Positions 25,566 through 37,905 of a stretch of 64,000 bases of DNA are shown here, piece after piece (position 1 is the stretch's first letter; every line of letters begins with the position of its first letter). Source of the stretch: Mustelus asterias (lineage: Eukaryota); NCBI RefSeq assembly GCF_964213995.1, contig NC_135830.1, forward strand, positions 13,702,001-13,766,000, written 5' to 3'. Position numbers and translations under genes: made by a program. Under the pieces are notes generated by a model. It had not been told where the DNA came from and searched no databases. It was given only the letters and a program-made list of their open reading frames with translations.

Positions 25566-27080
25566 AAGGTTACGTTTAAACTTCCGGCAACAAGTTGGAT
25601 GGAAATGAAGCTTTGGGGAGGAGACAAATATTTTAGATTAATGAACAAGACGATTTCGTTACGGAGCGGGAGAAGTGGAAAGAAAAGGACCTAATTGAAA
25701 AAGCTGAAAAAGTTATAAGTGTTGATGTTCGAAGTGGTGAATGGGAATTTGGGTTTTTATTACCAGGGGAATGAAGTGCAAGAATCAAGAAGTCTGCCAC
25801 AATTGGAATCTGTTTTTTGTGAGACCACAGCTGCAATACTGTATGCAGTTTTGATCTCCGCGATGCAGAACTGATAGACTTGCATTGGAGGTCGTCGCGG
25901 GAATGTTCAAAAGATTGGATCCTGAGATGAGGGAGTTGTCCCATGATGAAAGGCTGAATAAATTGAGTGTTAATTATCTGGAGTCAGACGAAAGAGAGGT
26001 TATTGTTTTCGCTGGTCCGGGAATCTAAAAGACGGAGACACAGTCTCAGGATGTGGGGCTGATCATTTAGAACTGGGTCAGCTGGTATATCAGAGTGTTG
26101 GTTCAGAATTGATGGGCCACATGTCCTGATCCTGCTTTGCAGGGACACTATGATAGGAATAGAATTAATAGCGTCGATTTCAAATAAATTAGACTAATAA
26201 CATCAGTCCTGTGCATACCATAAAACCGATTGAAATTCTCAGTAATTGATGCTGTGATTCTAGATATCGAAATGTAACCCACTATCACACCGAGTGAATC
26301 CACTGTCCGTTCAAATGTCGATCAGTGAAATTGTAATCATCTTCCGCTATGGAATATGTGGGAACTGAGTCAATAAACAGACTCCACACAAAAAAAAACC
26401 AGGAAGTGCCAATTCCTCTTACAACTTCAAACCTTTTGTTATTTTCTGTACCATTTACCATGGAGATTTATACAGTCAGTGAACAGAGATTTCGATGGTA
26501 AAAACGTGTTCACACACTCCGGGTACATAACCACAGTGACGCACACAGAGGAGCAAACACAAATATAGACAGTGAACGTGACAGACGCTGGAGGATCGAG
26601 AAAGGCGGAGGCTTGACGCTCAGTTGTCGAGCATCTGACGACACATCTAGAGGTTCCTTGTCCAATTCGTGGTATCCTCTTCAGTATTTCACTGGACTTT
26701 TTATCAATTACGACTGTCGTTCATTGGCTGGAAAATTCTTTGTGACATCCGCTGGTCGGAAGAGGCTCTATATAAATGCAAGACTGTCTGTCTTTAATCA
26801 TCTTCAATCCCAGTCCTCTGGTTACTGACTGCCAGCAGTGGAAACAGTTTGTCCCTATATGCTCTATCAAACGGCCTTTTTTCCATGTTAGCAGAAGTTT
26901 TTTAACCATTACATCAAAACAACACTGCGGAGGTAAAGCAGTCGAAGGTTTACATTTGTGAACTGTATCATCATTTGGTCTTCCTGTATCAAGTTTGGTG
27001 CAAGTAGAACTGGCGTCAAATTTGCAGAGAAATCACTTCCACTCTGATTTAGAATGTCACGCGTGGCTACAGTCGTCTCA

Positions 27081-27154
27081 TCCTCTGTGGCGCGATTGGC
27101 CAGCGAGCTTGGTTATTAACTGAAAGATTGGTGGTTCGCGAGCATCCAGCGATG
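27081..27154 (+). pseudogene. tRNA-Asn pseudogene
   Basis: CTCTGTGGCGCGATTGGCCAGCG...TTAACTGAAAGATTGGTGGTTCG. Confidence 0.65.
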
Positions 27155-27534
27155 GAACTTTCTCTGCGTTCTTTTCCCCGCCAACGTCATTGTTACACAA
27201 TTTTTTCTTTGTCATTTAGTCCTTGGGCGACAATGAAAGTATTTCTCGTGTGTTTCCAGCTCTGCTGTTAATCGGTATTATCGACATTATTAATTCAGTG
27301 AATATTTATCCAAACGTATTTGTAGTAATTTATATATTTCAAATGCTATTAAACTTCATAACTGAACGCGAATCTTTAATTCATGATTAATCCTGGGTTT
27401 CAATTTCATTTTCCCGCCCATTCCCCTTCATTCCAGGTTAAATCAGAAATCCGTCTATCCGAGCCTGAAGTGTGTTCAGTGAGGGAGCGAATGTCATTCC
27501 AAATCGCCTGCGAGAAACTCTGGAGAATGGAGGA

Positions 27535-27805
27535 ATAGTTAGTGCTTCGCGCTGCTCCTTCACAATGCCCAGGGACTCGGGTCCGATTCCTGGCTTGGAT
27601 CACTGTCTGAGTGGAGTTTGCACGTTCTCCCCTTATCTGCGTGGCTTTCCTCCGGGTGCTCCGGTTTCCTTCCACATTCTGAAAGACGTGCTGGTTAGGT
27701 GCATTGATCCGAACAGGCGCCGGACTGTGGTGACTAAGGGAATTTCATAGTAACTTCACTACAGTGTTAATGTAAGCCTTACTTGTGGCTCATAAATCAG
27801 TTTTT
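27535..27805 (+). mobile_element. tRNA-derived SINE
   Basis: GGCTTGGATCACTGTCTGAGTGGAGTTTGCACGTTCTCCCC...CCGGGTGCTCCGGTTTCC; same tail type as 11860. Confidence 0.8.
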
Positions 27806-30171
27806 AAAAAATGAGAGGAGATCTTACTGAAGCTTACACAATTTTGACAGGGCTTTAGAGACTTGACACAGGGGTGTGGTTTGCTATGGCTGCCGGGGGG
27901 CTGCGGGGACAGTTCTGGAACAATTGTTCAGAGGTGCAGGATACGAGTGAGCCACTTAGATCTGCGATATGGAGAAATGTCTTTACTCTGAGGGCGGTGA
28001 ACCTGTGGAATCCTCTACCGCATGAGTCTCTGGATGCATTGTTTGTGTATTGGGACTCCAATGAGGTTTCAAATGTGAGAAATGTATGAGTGTTGATGGT
28101 GATTTGGGTGTGTTTGTATAAAGAATGCAGTTTTCTTCCACTTGCGACCAGAAATTTGTAACTAGCTCAGATTTAATGCAGCCGAATGTATCGTAATCAT
28201 TTCACAGGAGCAACCCCAGCAGATGCAATAAGTTGCTGCGGGCAATTGATGGGATTGATGGTCCAATAGACCATCAGGGAAGATAACGATGGAATGTTTT
28301 GCCCACCTTTCCACTTCAGTATTTTTTAAAATACACAAAAATTATATGATTGTTGGACAAAAATCATATCCAGAACGAACACGAGCGACTCCTTCAGCCA
28401 ATGAAATACTAATCATTGTTACCTGGAACAAAAAATCGACAGTGAGGTGAAATAGTTCCAGACTTTTCATGTGTATCTTTCAATTTCCAAAACCGACCAA
28501 ACTCGTCATTGCTGATCCTGTGAAACCGATGAGGTAACACACAGCAAATATTCAGCACTTCAAACTATCTGCTTTCCACCTCAGCATTTTGCAGGTTTAA
28601 AAGCACCGTTCTTTAAAAGTTTAAATCCATCCTCATTCCACTGATCATTACCGACTTGCTGTGCATTTTATATTGTGATAAAACCTATATTTGTAACAAA
28701 AACAGCAGATGGTAGACATGTTCTGCTGTTTTGGCCGCATCTGTGGACACATAAAATTCTAAACACTTCCATGCGTTAGCCGTTTCTGAATTATAGAGAT
28801 CATTGCGTTTGGAAAGTGGCAAAATATTTTCAAAACAACTGACTCATTTCAAATTGTTTTTGTTAAATATTAAAGCATTGCATTATCTCACAGCCATAGG
28901 ACATTTACACTTCGCCATGTCTTGAATGATATTGTACAACTGCATAGAAAAAGGGATAAAAATTGGGACAAATGTTATTTTCTGAATCTTATGTTAAATC
29001 ATTGAATATGCCACATGGTTTTCAGCCGAATTAGAATTCGATGAAACAAGCAATCAGACTGCACCATTTGTGCCGAAGACTGCAGAATGGTATTCTAGGC
29101 CGGCCACATTGGTCATGAGCAGAGTTTCTCTCATGTTCGGGTTATCATACAGGATAGGCTCTCCGATTCCGAACGGGATCGAACATGATTCAAATTTTAC
29201 TGCTTGGAAGTTCCCAGATTGTAGTTCGTTGTTGAATGTGAACTGAATATGGATCCAACACAATATTAATTTGTTCTTCACCAATTATTGGAAAAAAATG
29301 CACTCAGTAAAATTGCCACTGTCATATTGATGCAGTTGATGTCGGTTAGATGGATTAGCCATGGTAAATGTGTGAGGGTAAGTGGGTAAGAATGGCGAAA
29401 CGTGTCTCGGTCAGGCACTCTGGGCTTACATTCTCTGGGTGATGTGTCAGCCATTTATGACTGAGAAAAGGGAACATTTCTTCTCCCAAAGGCTTGTGTA
29501 TCTTCAGTATTCTGCAGCCGCCGAGAGGTGCGTGGATCCTCAGTCGATGAGGATATTGAAGGTTGAGTTGGAGTAATTTTTGGAATCTAAGGGAATGAAG
29601 GTCTATTGGGATAAGCTGGGAAATTGGGGTTGGGGTTGCGGATCTGCCTTGTTTCAGTCGTGGAGGAGGCTCAATAGGACATGTGACCCAGTTCTACATC
29701 ATTGATTCTGTTCACTGTCAATGCCAAATCCGGTACCAATGGCTTCTGCTGACAGCATTGAAGGCTCGGGCATTGAATTCAGGGTAGTCGTATTAGTTAA
29801 GGCGTATGATCGAAGCCCATCACTGCTCAATGTTCAATTAATTAACTTCATGGAGTACCTTTGATTTGATTTATCAGTGTCACATGCATTAGCATGCAGT
29901 GAAAAGTATTTTTCTTGCGCGCTACACAGACAAAGCATATCGTTCATCGAGAAGGAAACGAAAGAGTGCAGAATGTACTGTTGCAGTCATAGCTCGGGTG
30001 TAGAGAAAAATCATCTTCATACCAGGTAGGTCGTGCATGTTATCACACGAATTCCATGCAGTAGAATGTATCGTTAAACATTTTAACAGGAGGTACCAGT
30101 AGACACAATGCAAATATAAATTGCTGTGGGCAATTGATGTGTATGTGGAATCAGTTTCCTTACATCGTTGC

Positions 30172-30246
30172 ATCGCAGCTGTTCTGGTAGTTATCACGTT
30201 CGCCGTACACACGCAAGTTTCCTGGTTCAACCCTGGGCAGAAACGT
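30172..30246 (+). pseudogene. tRNA-Val(TAC) pseudogene
   Basis: GTTATCACGTTCGCCGTACAC...CCTGGTTCAACCCTGGGCAGAAAC. Confidence 0.6.
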
Positions 30247-30261
30247 ATTAAACAGGAATGG

Positions 30262-30415
30262 AAAATACTGGAAAATCTCAGCAAGACTGACAGCATCTGT
30301 GGGGAAACCAACGTTTCAAGTCTGGATGATCCTTCATCAGATTTCCTGATTCGACTCACTGGCTCTGTTCTGTCTTCACAGATGCTGCCAGACCTGCTGA
30401 GATTTTCCAGTACGG
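30262..30415. mobile_element. Palindromic Penelope-type element with hammerhead-like core (30306-30343, minus)
   Basis: Minus strand CTGATGA-AGGATCATCCAGACTT-GAAA-CGTT. Confidence 0.65.
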
Positions 30416-31127
30416 ATCATTAACTGCCGAGTATTTCCAACATTTTCTGATGGTAACGTCATGAATCAGCCTGTGAAAAGAACAAACGGGATGGTCTGTG
30501 ATAGAAAGCAAGGGAGGATGATTAAATGAATCAGGGAGTGAAGGATAAGGCAACATTTATCTGATGATGGTGGAGGCCGGGTGGTCAAGTCGTTCAGAGT
30601 CAATCCGTCCGCCGCCAAGGCTCGGGATTGATGATAAACTGTCAACTAAACAGAACATTTTATTTGGCATGTAATCAGATTCTGGAGGTGAAAGTATCTG
30701 AAAGCAAAGGAAGAGAATATCATTTGCTGCAGAAGGTAGAATGACTATGTGACTATGTCTGTAGCGACAGTGACCTGGAATGAAGCAATGGAGACAGTAA
30801 TGATGATCAATGAGATACAAATCTCTGATATCACAGCAGATTTACCACAAGAAGCTACAGAAGAGGCAGAGGTTAATGATCTGTGAATGTGGTGAGCGAC
30901 AGTGAAATTTAGTGGAGTAGAATGCATTATTATTCATTTTGACAGGAGGAAGCAGCAAGGGGAATGTAATGAAAAATTGCCGGGGACAATTGACGGGATT
31001 GTGCAAGTGGGTTTATTTTGTTTCTCCAGGTAGTTCAAACTGGCACAATGATCACTCCTGTTATCGATCAGGATGTAATTTCAGCCCCTCCTAAATCATG
31101 TGCTGGTCGGCAGCAATAAAATCCACA

Positions 31128-31199
31128 TTCCCTGACCGGGAATCGAACCCGGGCCGCGGCGGTGAAAGCGCCAAATCCTAACCACTAGACCACCAGGGA
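31128..31199 (-). tRNA. tRNA-Glu(TTC), intact
   Basis: TCCCTGGTGGTCTAGTGGTTAGGATTTGGCGCTTTCACCGCCGCGGCCCGGGTTCGATTCCCGGTCAGGGAA; full cloverleaf, TTTT terminator downstream. Confidence 0.95.
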
Positions 31200-31643
31200 A
31201 GATGCGGGCAAGCGTTTTAATCTGACCGATACATTTCAGCATTTTTCAAATACTCGAGAAAGGTTTGGGGGGAAAAAAAACCTCATGTTTAGATCGAACA
31301 CGAATGACTCCTTCAGTCAACAGCAAATTACTGCAGATTCTGGAACTTAAAAGAAAAACTTAAAATGCTGGAAAATCTCAACAGGCGTGACGGCATCTCT
31401 GGAGAGAGAACAGAGGCAACATTTCAAATCTGTCTGGTCAGTCATCAAAGCTGAAGACAGGAAAAGAAGACGAGATTGATACTTTAAGTGTGGGAGATGC
31501 GGGGGTGGGAGCCGTGGGTAAGGGTTGACAAAGTTGTGATGGAAAAAAATTCAAAGGGAATGTAAATGGTGGCGGTAAAAGCAAAATACTGCGGATGCTG
31601 GAATCTGAAACAAAAACAGACAATGCTGGAGCACCTCAGCAGT

Positions 31644-31940
31644 GGCGGCACGGTAGCACGGTGGTTAGCATTGCTGCTTCACAACTCCCAGCTTGGGTCA
31701 CTGTCTGTGTGGAATTTGCGCATTCTTCTCGTGTCTGCGTGGGTTTCCTCTGGGTGCTCTGGTTTCCTGCCACAGTCCAAAGATGTGAGGTTGATTGGCC
31801 AAGCTAAAATTGTCCTGGGATGCGGAGGTGAGAGGGATTAGTGTGTAAATATGTAGGGATAATGGGGGTAGGGCCTGGGTGGCATTGGGGCGGTGCAGAC
31901 TCGATGGGCCGAATGGCCTCTTTCTGCACTGCAGGATTTC
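31644..31940 (+). mobile_element. HE1-like SINE
   Basis: GGCGGCACGGTAGCACGGTGGTTAGC head; CR1-like tail GATGGGCCGAATGGCCTCTTTCTGCACTG. Confidence 0.85.
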
Positions 31941-32704
31941 TGTGAAGAAAGATTTTTTTTGGAATCTAAGGGAATGAAGGGCAATCGGGATACGTTTGGA
32001 AATTGATGTTGATTCCTGGGATTCGTCATGATCTCCTTAAATTGTGGAGGAGACTCCATGGGACATGGGAGCCAATCCTACTCCATTAATTCCGTTCCCT
32101 GCAGCACCAGATCTGATAGGGATCACCTCTGTTAAAAGCGTCGGAAGTGTTCTGAGGCATTGAATTCGAGGCAGCAGCATTTGTGGGGGAAAGTGATCAA
32201 ATGTTGCAAATGTCAGGTGTTCAGTTGATTTGCTTTAGACGTCATGAATACTTTTTCTCGAACATGTTATTACGAAACTTTAATGCAGTAGGAAGTATCA
32301 TTATTCATTTTGACAGGAAAAACCAGCAGAGACAATGTAATATCAATTGCTGTGGGCAAAAGATGGGCTTCTGGAGCCAGTCTAGTTGTTTCTCCAGTGA
32401 ACCGGATCTGCTTGCCCTGAGGTCATCACCGTGTTTCTGTAGTTCGGTGGTTATCACAAGAGCCAGGTTAATTCTGAAAATATCTGGTTAGAACGAGGAA
32501 TGATGGGACGTGTACATGATAGGATTTGAACTGCAGTTAGAAAATTCAAGTCCATCACCTTAATTCCTGGGCAGGGAATACAGTCTCACTGTTTGTAATC
32601 CTGCTATTTATATCATGATGCAAAGATGCCGGCGTTGGACTGGAGTGGGTACAGTAAGAATTCTCACAACACCAGGTTAAAGTCCAACAGGTTTAATTGG
32701 AATT

Positions 32705-32740
32705 GCGAGCTTTCAGGAGCACTGCTCCTTCATCAGGTTG
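32705..32740 (-). ncRNA. Minimal hammerhead ribozyme core in Penelope pLTR fragment
   Basis: CTGATGA-AGGAGC-AGT-GCTCCT-GAAA-GCTC; mutated duplicate at about 33767-33802. Confidence 0.7.
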
Positions 32741-32923
32741 TTCAAATCGGCAGTCAGAATTTCAGCCTGTGTGTGCTCTCAAAGGAGCCACTTGCACACA
32801 CGCTGCTTTACCCCAGCAACGTTTTCAATTGGAGATGTCTCTGCTCGTTGTTCATGATGAAAACGGAACCGCACACACTCCTGCACTCAATCTGAGCTGT
32901 TAGACCAAAACTTAAACCCATTT

Positions 32924-33005
32924 TGGCAGCAGTGGGATTCGAACACACGCCTTCGCAGAGACTGGAGTCTTAATCCAGCGCCTTAGACCGCTCGGCCACG
33001 CTACC
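32924..33005 (-). tRNA. tRNA-Leu(AAG), slightly degenerate
   Basis: GGTAGCGTGGCCGAGCGGTCTAAGGCGCTGGATTAAGACTCCAG...GTGTGTTCGAATCCCACTGCTGCCA; one T-stem mismatch. Confidence 0.85.
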
Positions 33006-33985
33006 ACGTTAAGCAGCATCGCAATCATGTTATTTAATGATAATGTTGCTGAAATTCATTAAAAGCAATTTAGCTTGGAAAGGCCATCAGGAAGCATGAG
33101 CCTGCTCCTTCACTGATTCAGGTAATTCTGAACTGCGTAACAAACAGAAATCATCTCACGCCAGAAACACAATGAGCTGCAGTGAAGGGCCGGCATCATT
33201 TAAACTGTCCTTAAGCTCGTCTCTTCCCAATTTCCTGCCAGAAATGACAAGGGAACCTCCTGTTGAATTTGCTCAGGGTCTGCACTTAAGGACACGAGGC
33301 GAAATTATGTTTTGTATCTTCATCCAGGCAATAACTCACATTTATTTTCAGAGTTTGGATGTGAGCAATAAATCTTCAATTCCAGACCAGTAATCTGAAC
33401 AGCAGGGAAAGAGTCAAACACACCAGACCAGCAATTTACAACCTGTTTTAGAATTTAATTTATCCACGCTGCTTTTCTTCCTTTAATTTTCACGCCACGT
33501 TCGCCACAAACAGCTTTCTCCTGAAAAATGGCGCCTTCTGTTTCAATGCCAGTGATGTGTAATTAATGAAAGCTCCAACAAGGTGAGACTTCTTACTGTG
33601 TTTACCCCAGTCCAACGCCGGCATCTCCACATCAGGAAATACAGTCTCACTGTTTGTAATCCTGTTATTTATATCATGATGTAAAGATGTCGGCGTTGGA
33701 CTGGAGTGGGTACAGTAACAATTCTCACAACACCAGGTTAAAGTCGAACAAGTTTATTTGTAATTACCAGCTTTCAAGAGCACTGCTCCTTCATCAGGTT
33801 GTTTAACTCGGCAGTCAGAAATGCAGCCTCTGTGTGCTCTCGAAAGGAGCCACTTACACACACGCTGCTTTACCCCAGCAACGTTTCAAGTTGGTAATGT
33901 CTCTGCTCGTTATTCCTGACGAAAACGACACCACACACACTCCTGCATTCAATCCGAGCTGTTAGACCAAAACTTAAACCCACGT

Positions 33986-34080
33986 TGGCAGCGGTGGGAT
34001 TCGAACCCACGCCTCCGCAGAGACTGGAGCCTTAATCCGGAGCCTTAATCCAGCGCCTTAGACCGCTCAGCCACGCTACC
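33986..34080 (-). tRNA. tRNA-Leu(AAG) with 13-nt tandem duplication in the anticodon arm (intron-like, 34030-34042)
   Basis: ...CTGGATTAAGG[CTCCGGATTAAGG]CTCCAG...; acceptor stem, T arm, A/B boxes and TTTT terminator intact. Confidence 0.85.
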
Positions 34081-34106
34081 GCGTTAAACCACATCGCAAT
34101 CATGTT

Positions 34107-34439
34107 TTGTTTTTTTAATACTTTTCCAATTCAATCAAATCAAATCCATTTCAGAGTCTCAACAAGTTGAGACATTTCAGATCCCGGCTGACAAGACAGG
34201 GCGAGCGACCAAAATCACCCTGTCCTGGGCCTGATCTACATGAGCCAAGCTGATTGGAGAAGGGGGGGGGGTGTTCCTCCTCCAAGACTTGAGTTTATTT
34301 GCATCTTAGCCCAAAGGCCGAGATGCCGCTTTTAAAAATTGCTTCATATGAAACATATGAAGCTTCAGTGTAACCTAATGACCTCAACCAAGTGCAGCAT
34401 CCAATCCATACGACACTAGATCTTAGCCAAAAGGCCGAA
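34107..34439 (-). mobile_element. U2 snRNA-headed short retroposon (SINEU-like)
   Basis: 5' TCGGCCTTTTGGCTAAGATCTAGTGTCGTAT matches the U2 5' end; second U2 piece at 34303-34323; A-rich tail; TSD AATCATGTT at 34098-34106 and 34440-34448; absent from the paralog at about 33020. Confidence 0.85.
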
Positions 34440-35629
34440 AATCATGTTATTTAATGATAATGTTCCTGAAATTCATTAAAAGCAATGGAGCTGGGAAAGG
34501 CCATCAGGAAGCATGAGCCTGCTCCTTCCCTGATTCAGGTAAGTCTGAACTGCGCAGCAAACAGAAATCATCTCACGTCAGAAACACAATGAGCTGCAGT
34601 GAAGGGCCGGCATCATTTAAACTGTCCTTAAGCTCGTCTCTTCCCAATTTCCAGCCAGAAATGACAAGAGAACCTCCTGTTGAATTTGCTCAGGGTCTTC
34701 ACTTAAGGACCATATTATGTTTTATATCTTCATCCAGGCAATAACTCACATTTGTTTTCAGAGTTTGGATGGGAGCAATAAGTCTCCAATTCCAGGCCAG
34801 TAATCTAAACAGCAGGGAAAGAGTCAAACTCTAACCACCAGACCAGCAGCTTATAGGGTGTTTTAGAATTTAATTTATCCCCGCTGCTTTTCTTCCTTTA
34901 ATTTTCACGCCAGACCACTTTCACCACAAACAGCTTTCTCCTGCAAAATGGCACCTTCTGCTTCAACACCATGATGTGTTCAGCCAATGACAACATACCA
35001 CGAACACTCCAGTGCAATTATCACTTTCGCTTCCGACGGTTCGAAACCGGACAGAAACGTTTCCAAATGCTTTTCAGTGGAGAGTGAGGGAAAAGTTTCA
35101 TTATTCAGTGTCAATATAAACAGCAAAATCTGACCCATTACCAGACAGATTTTACCTTGCAGCAACATCTCAATCGTGAGTACTTTGCAGCCTATCACTG
35201 CCCTTTTTCTGTGTTTGTTCTTGAACTGTGCACAGGTGAAATTTCCAGCTCTGATATAAACTTGCAAACCTCACTCGGCTGATTCTAATAGATCTGTTTT
35301 CGATCAGAGAGCAAATCAGATCATTATTAATGGTTTGCTGAGAGCAAATACTCTTATTTTCCTCAGCGGGAATTGAAACCAGACATCACTGGGGGAGTGC
35401 TGAACATGAACCATTGGACTGCCAGGGAAACCGGTGAACAGTGTTCTTCAAACTGACTTAACATATATCCCTTTGCTTCTATTTTCATCTCAGATCCTTT
35501 TCACTTGTGACACGTTTCTCCTTCAAAATGTCCTGTTTGGATGGAATATGATTGCCTCCTTCAGCTAATGACAACACGGATTGAGCTGGGTCATGGAATT
35601 GACAGTGAGGTGATATGGTCCCACAAGCT

Positions 35630-36055
35630 GCTGAAGATTAGAAGTTTGAAGGGGGATCTGTTCGAGGTATATAAAATTATAAATGGATTGATAAAGTGAA
35701 GGTAGACCAAAAGTTTCTTCTTATGGGGCAATCTAGAATAAGAGGTCACGTGTACAGTTTGAGAGCTGGTAGATTTAAAACTGAGATGAGGAAGAACTAC
35801 TTCTCGCAAAGGGTGGCGAATTGGTGGAACTCGCTGCCCCATAGCGCGGTGGAGTCTGAATCATTGCATGATTTCAAGAAGGGATAGATATATTTCTGAT
35901 AAAGAAAACGCATTAAAGGAATATGGAGAACAGGTGGGGAGGTGGATTTCAGTTCAAGGAGATGTCAACCATGATCTGATTGAATAGCAGAGCAGGATCA
36001 AAGGGCTGAATTTGCCTACATCTGCTCCGAATTCCAATGTTCCTATGTTTCTATG
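35630..36055 (+). mobile_element. CR1 3' fragment
   Basis: RFKTEMRKNYFSQRVANWWNSLP. Confidence 0.8.
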
Positions 36056-36473
36056 TGTAAGGTTCAATTTTCAAGCCCACCAACCTCATCACTGCGGTCC
36101 TGTTGAAATATATGTACAGTACGTCCTCTGGTTCCCCTTCACCCACAACGCAGGTGAGTCGTGCAACTAACTTTGCAATCATCTCATTCTGTGGTGTGAT
36201 CATTCTGTCATTCTCTGTTGCCCTCATTTATTTTCTCCGAGCTTCCACCATACCAGATGCTGTTATGTTTCCTCCCTGCTGGATTTCACTTGTTTTAAAC
36301 TTCCTACATTTCTAAACATTCCCAATGTTAATGAAAGGTCATGGAGGTGTTTCCCTCTGCACACACGCTGGCTGACTTCCTCAGTCGTTCCAACATTATC
36401 ACTTTTCAGTGCAGATGGCTGATCCGCTTTTAGATGGCAATGAAAATATATTTACCTGATGCGTGTTTTCCAA

Positions 36474-36564
36474 CGATGGTTGGTCTAAGGGCACGATTCC
36501 CGCTTTGGGTGTCAAAATCCGCATGACTGTGAAAGGCCTCCCCGGTTCAAATCCCAGACCACCT
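36474..36564 (+). pseudogene. tRNA-Pro(TGG) pseudogene with 18-nt intron
   Basis: GTTGGTCTAAGGGCACGATTCCCGCTTTGGG[TGTCAAAATCCGCATGAC]TGTGAAAGG...GGTTCAAATCCC. Confidence 0.75.
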
Positions 36565-37111
36565 CTTGCTTTGTAATGGATAAGTCGTGGAGTTTGTTCG
36601 TTTATTTCCCGTGACATGGCGAAATTGGCTCAGATGGGTATGATTTGAGAACCTGAGCACGCTCTGCAAGTCTTCTGTTAGCACAACACACACAGAGAAT
36701 CCAGATATTTTCAAAAGGTGACAATGCTTGCGGACATTCACTTAATCCTTATTTACTCATCCAGATGACCCCATGCTTGTGGGTTCAGACAGCTATTTTG
36801 TGTATATTGGGTTGTGGATGTCTGCCCCACTCTCTGTCCCTCTCTGTCTCTTTTTGTCACTGGAGACCTGTCTCAGACTCTTTCACTCTCTCAGTCTCTC
36901 TGTCTGTGCATCGATCACTGTTCCCTCTTCTGCTCTTTGCTCCCTCTATTCTCTCGCTGTCTATGTTTAACCAACGTTCACTGGATTTGATCCTGTGATG
37001 AGGCGGTTGTCCTGCAAATGGTCACTCAGAGCATTTGACCCACTTGCCGTCACTGCCACATTGAATGAAAAAGGCTTTGAGTGACCATTTGCATCTGACG
37101 GCTCTGTTGCT

Positions 37112-37183
37112 GGTTCTGCGGTGTGATGGTGAGCACTCTGGAGTCCGAATGCAGCAATTGGAGTTCAGAACTCGGTGAAGGAT
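37112..37183 (+). pseudogene. tRNA-Gln pseudogene
   Basis: GGTTCTGCGGTGTGATGGTGAGCACTCTGGAG... Confidence 0.65.
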
Positions 37184-37833
37184 TGTTGTTTTTTGCTCAA
37201 GCCGATGATGGGTTTTTTGAAGAGCATTTAATTTTAAATTCTCAGAAAGTGGAAATATAAACATTGAGGAAATTTCAGCAAATTCCACCGCAGTCAATTG
37301 CAGATGTTGCAGCGAAAGACTCTCCTGGCATCATTGCATCAGCCCCAGAGAACGATTGCTCAAGAATACAAAGCGCTGAGAGGCAGGGAAGCCACAGTGA
37401 GCATGGGGTCCACCTACAGGAGTCATTCACACAGTTATTTGTCCCAATTTTAAAAAAAGAGATTGGAGGCGAGAGGCCAGAGTGCGAACCGTTACACCAT
37501 GGAATAGACAGCATTCTGACCGAAGACACTAGATTTTTCTCCCAAAACACACACACGTATCAAGTCTCTCTCTCTCTCTCTCTCAGAAACACACACACAC
37601 ATTTGCTTAATCATTCCCAGACTCCAGTCGAATTGTTATTGCGTGACACCAATTGCTTCTTCCTTTCAACAGAGGAGTTAAAGAGTTGTCGAAAAGATGA
37701 AAAACACTGACATTGCAGGCATCTGGCGCCAGAGGCTCAGCAATGTGCATTGTAATCGCAGTTCGTACTTCGTGAGAAAATTAAGGAAATGCCCTTCAGC
37801 AAATCAATCTTCAGCATTTGGCAAAGGAAGGCG

Positions 37834-37905
37834 AAGCCCCACCGACATTTGAACTCGGATCGCTGGATTTAGAGTCCAGAGAGCTCACCGTTACACCACG
37901 GGACC
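37834..37905 (-). tRNA. tRNA-Gln-derived gene with CTA (amber) anticodon, probably a pseudogene
   Basis: GGTCCCGTGGTGTAACGGTGAGCTCTCTGGACT-CTA-AATCCAGCGATCCGAGTTCAAATGTCGGTGGGGCTT; C61G mismatch. Confidence 0.75.

Larger units (their letters stand above)
32576..34980. repeat. About 1.06-kb tandem duplication (32576-33570 and 33636-34980)
   Basis: Both copies start GGAA(A)TACAGTCTCACTGTTTGTAATCCTG and carry a pLTR fragment plus tRNA-Leu; an older paralog lies at about 10340-11150. Confidence 0.85.

Noticed and set aside
34408-34439. Functional U2 snRNA gene
   Set aside because: Only about 31 nt of the 5' end, no Sm site or 3' domain, and it sits inside a TSD-bounded insertion
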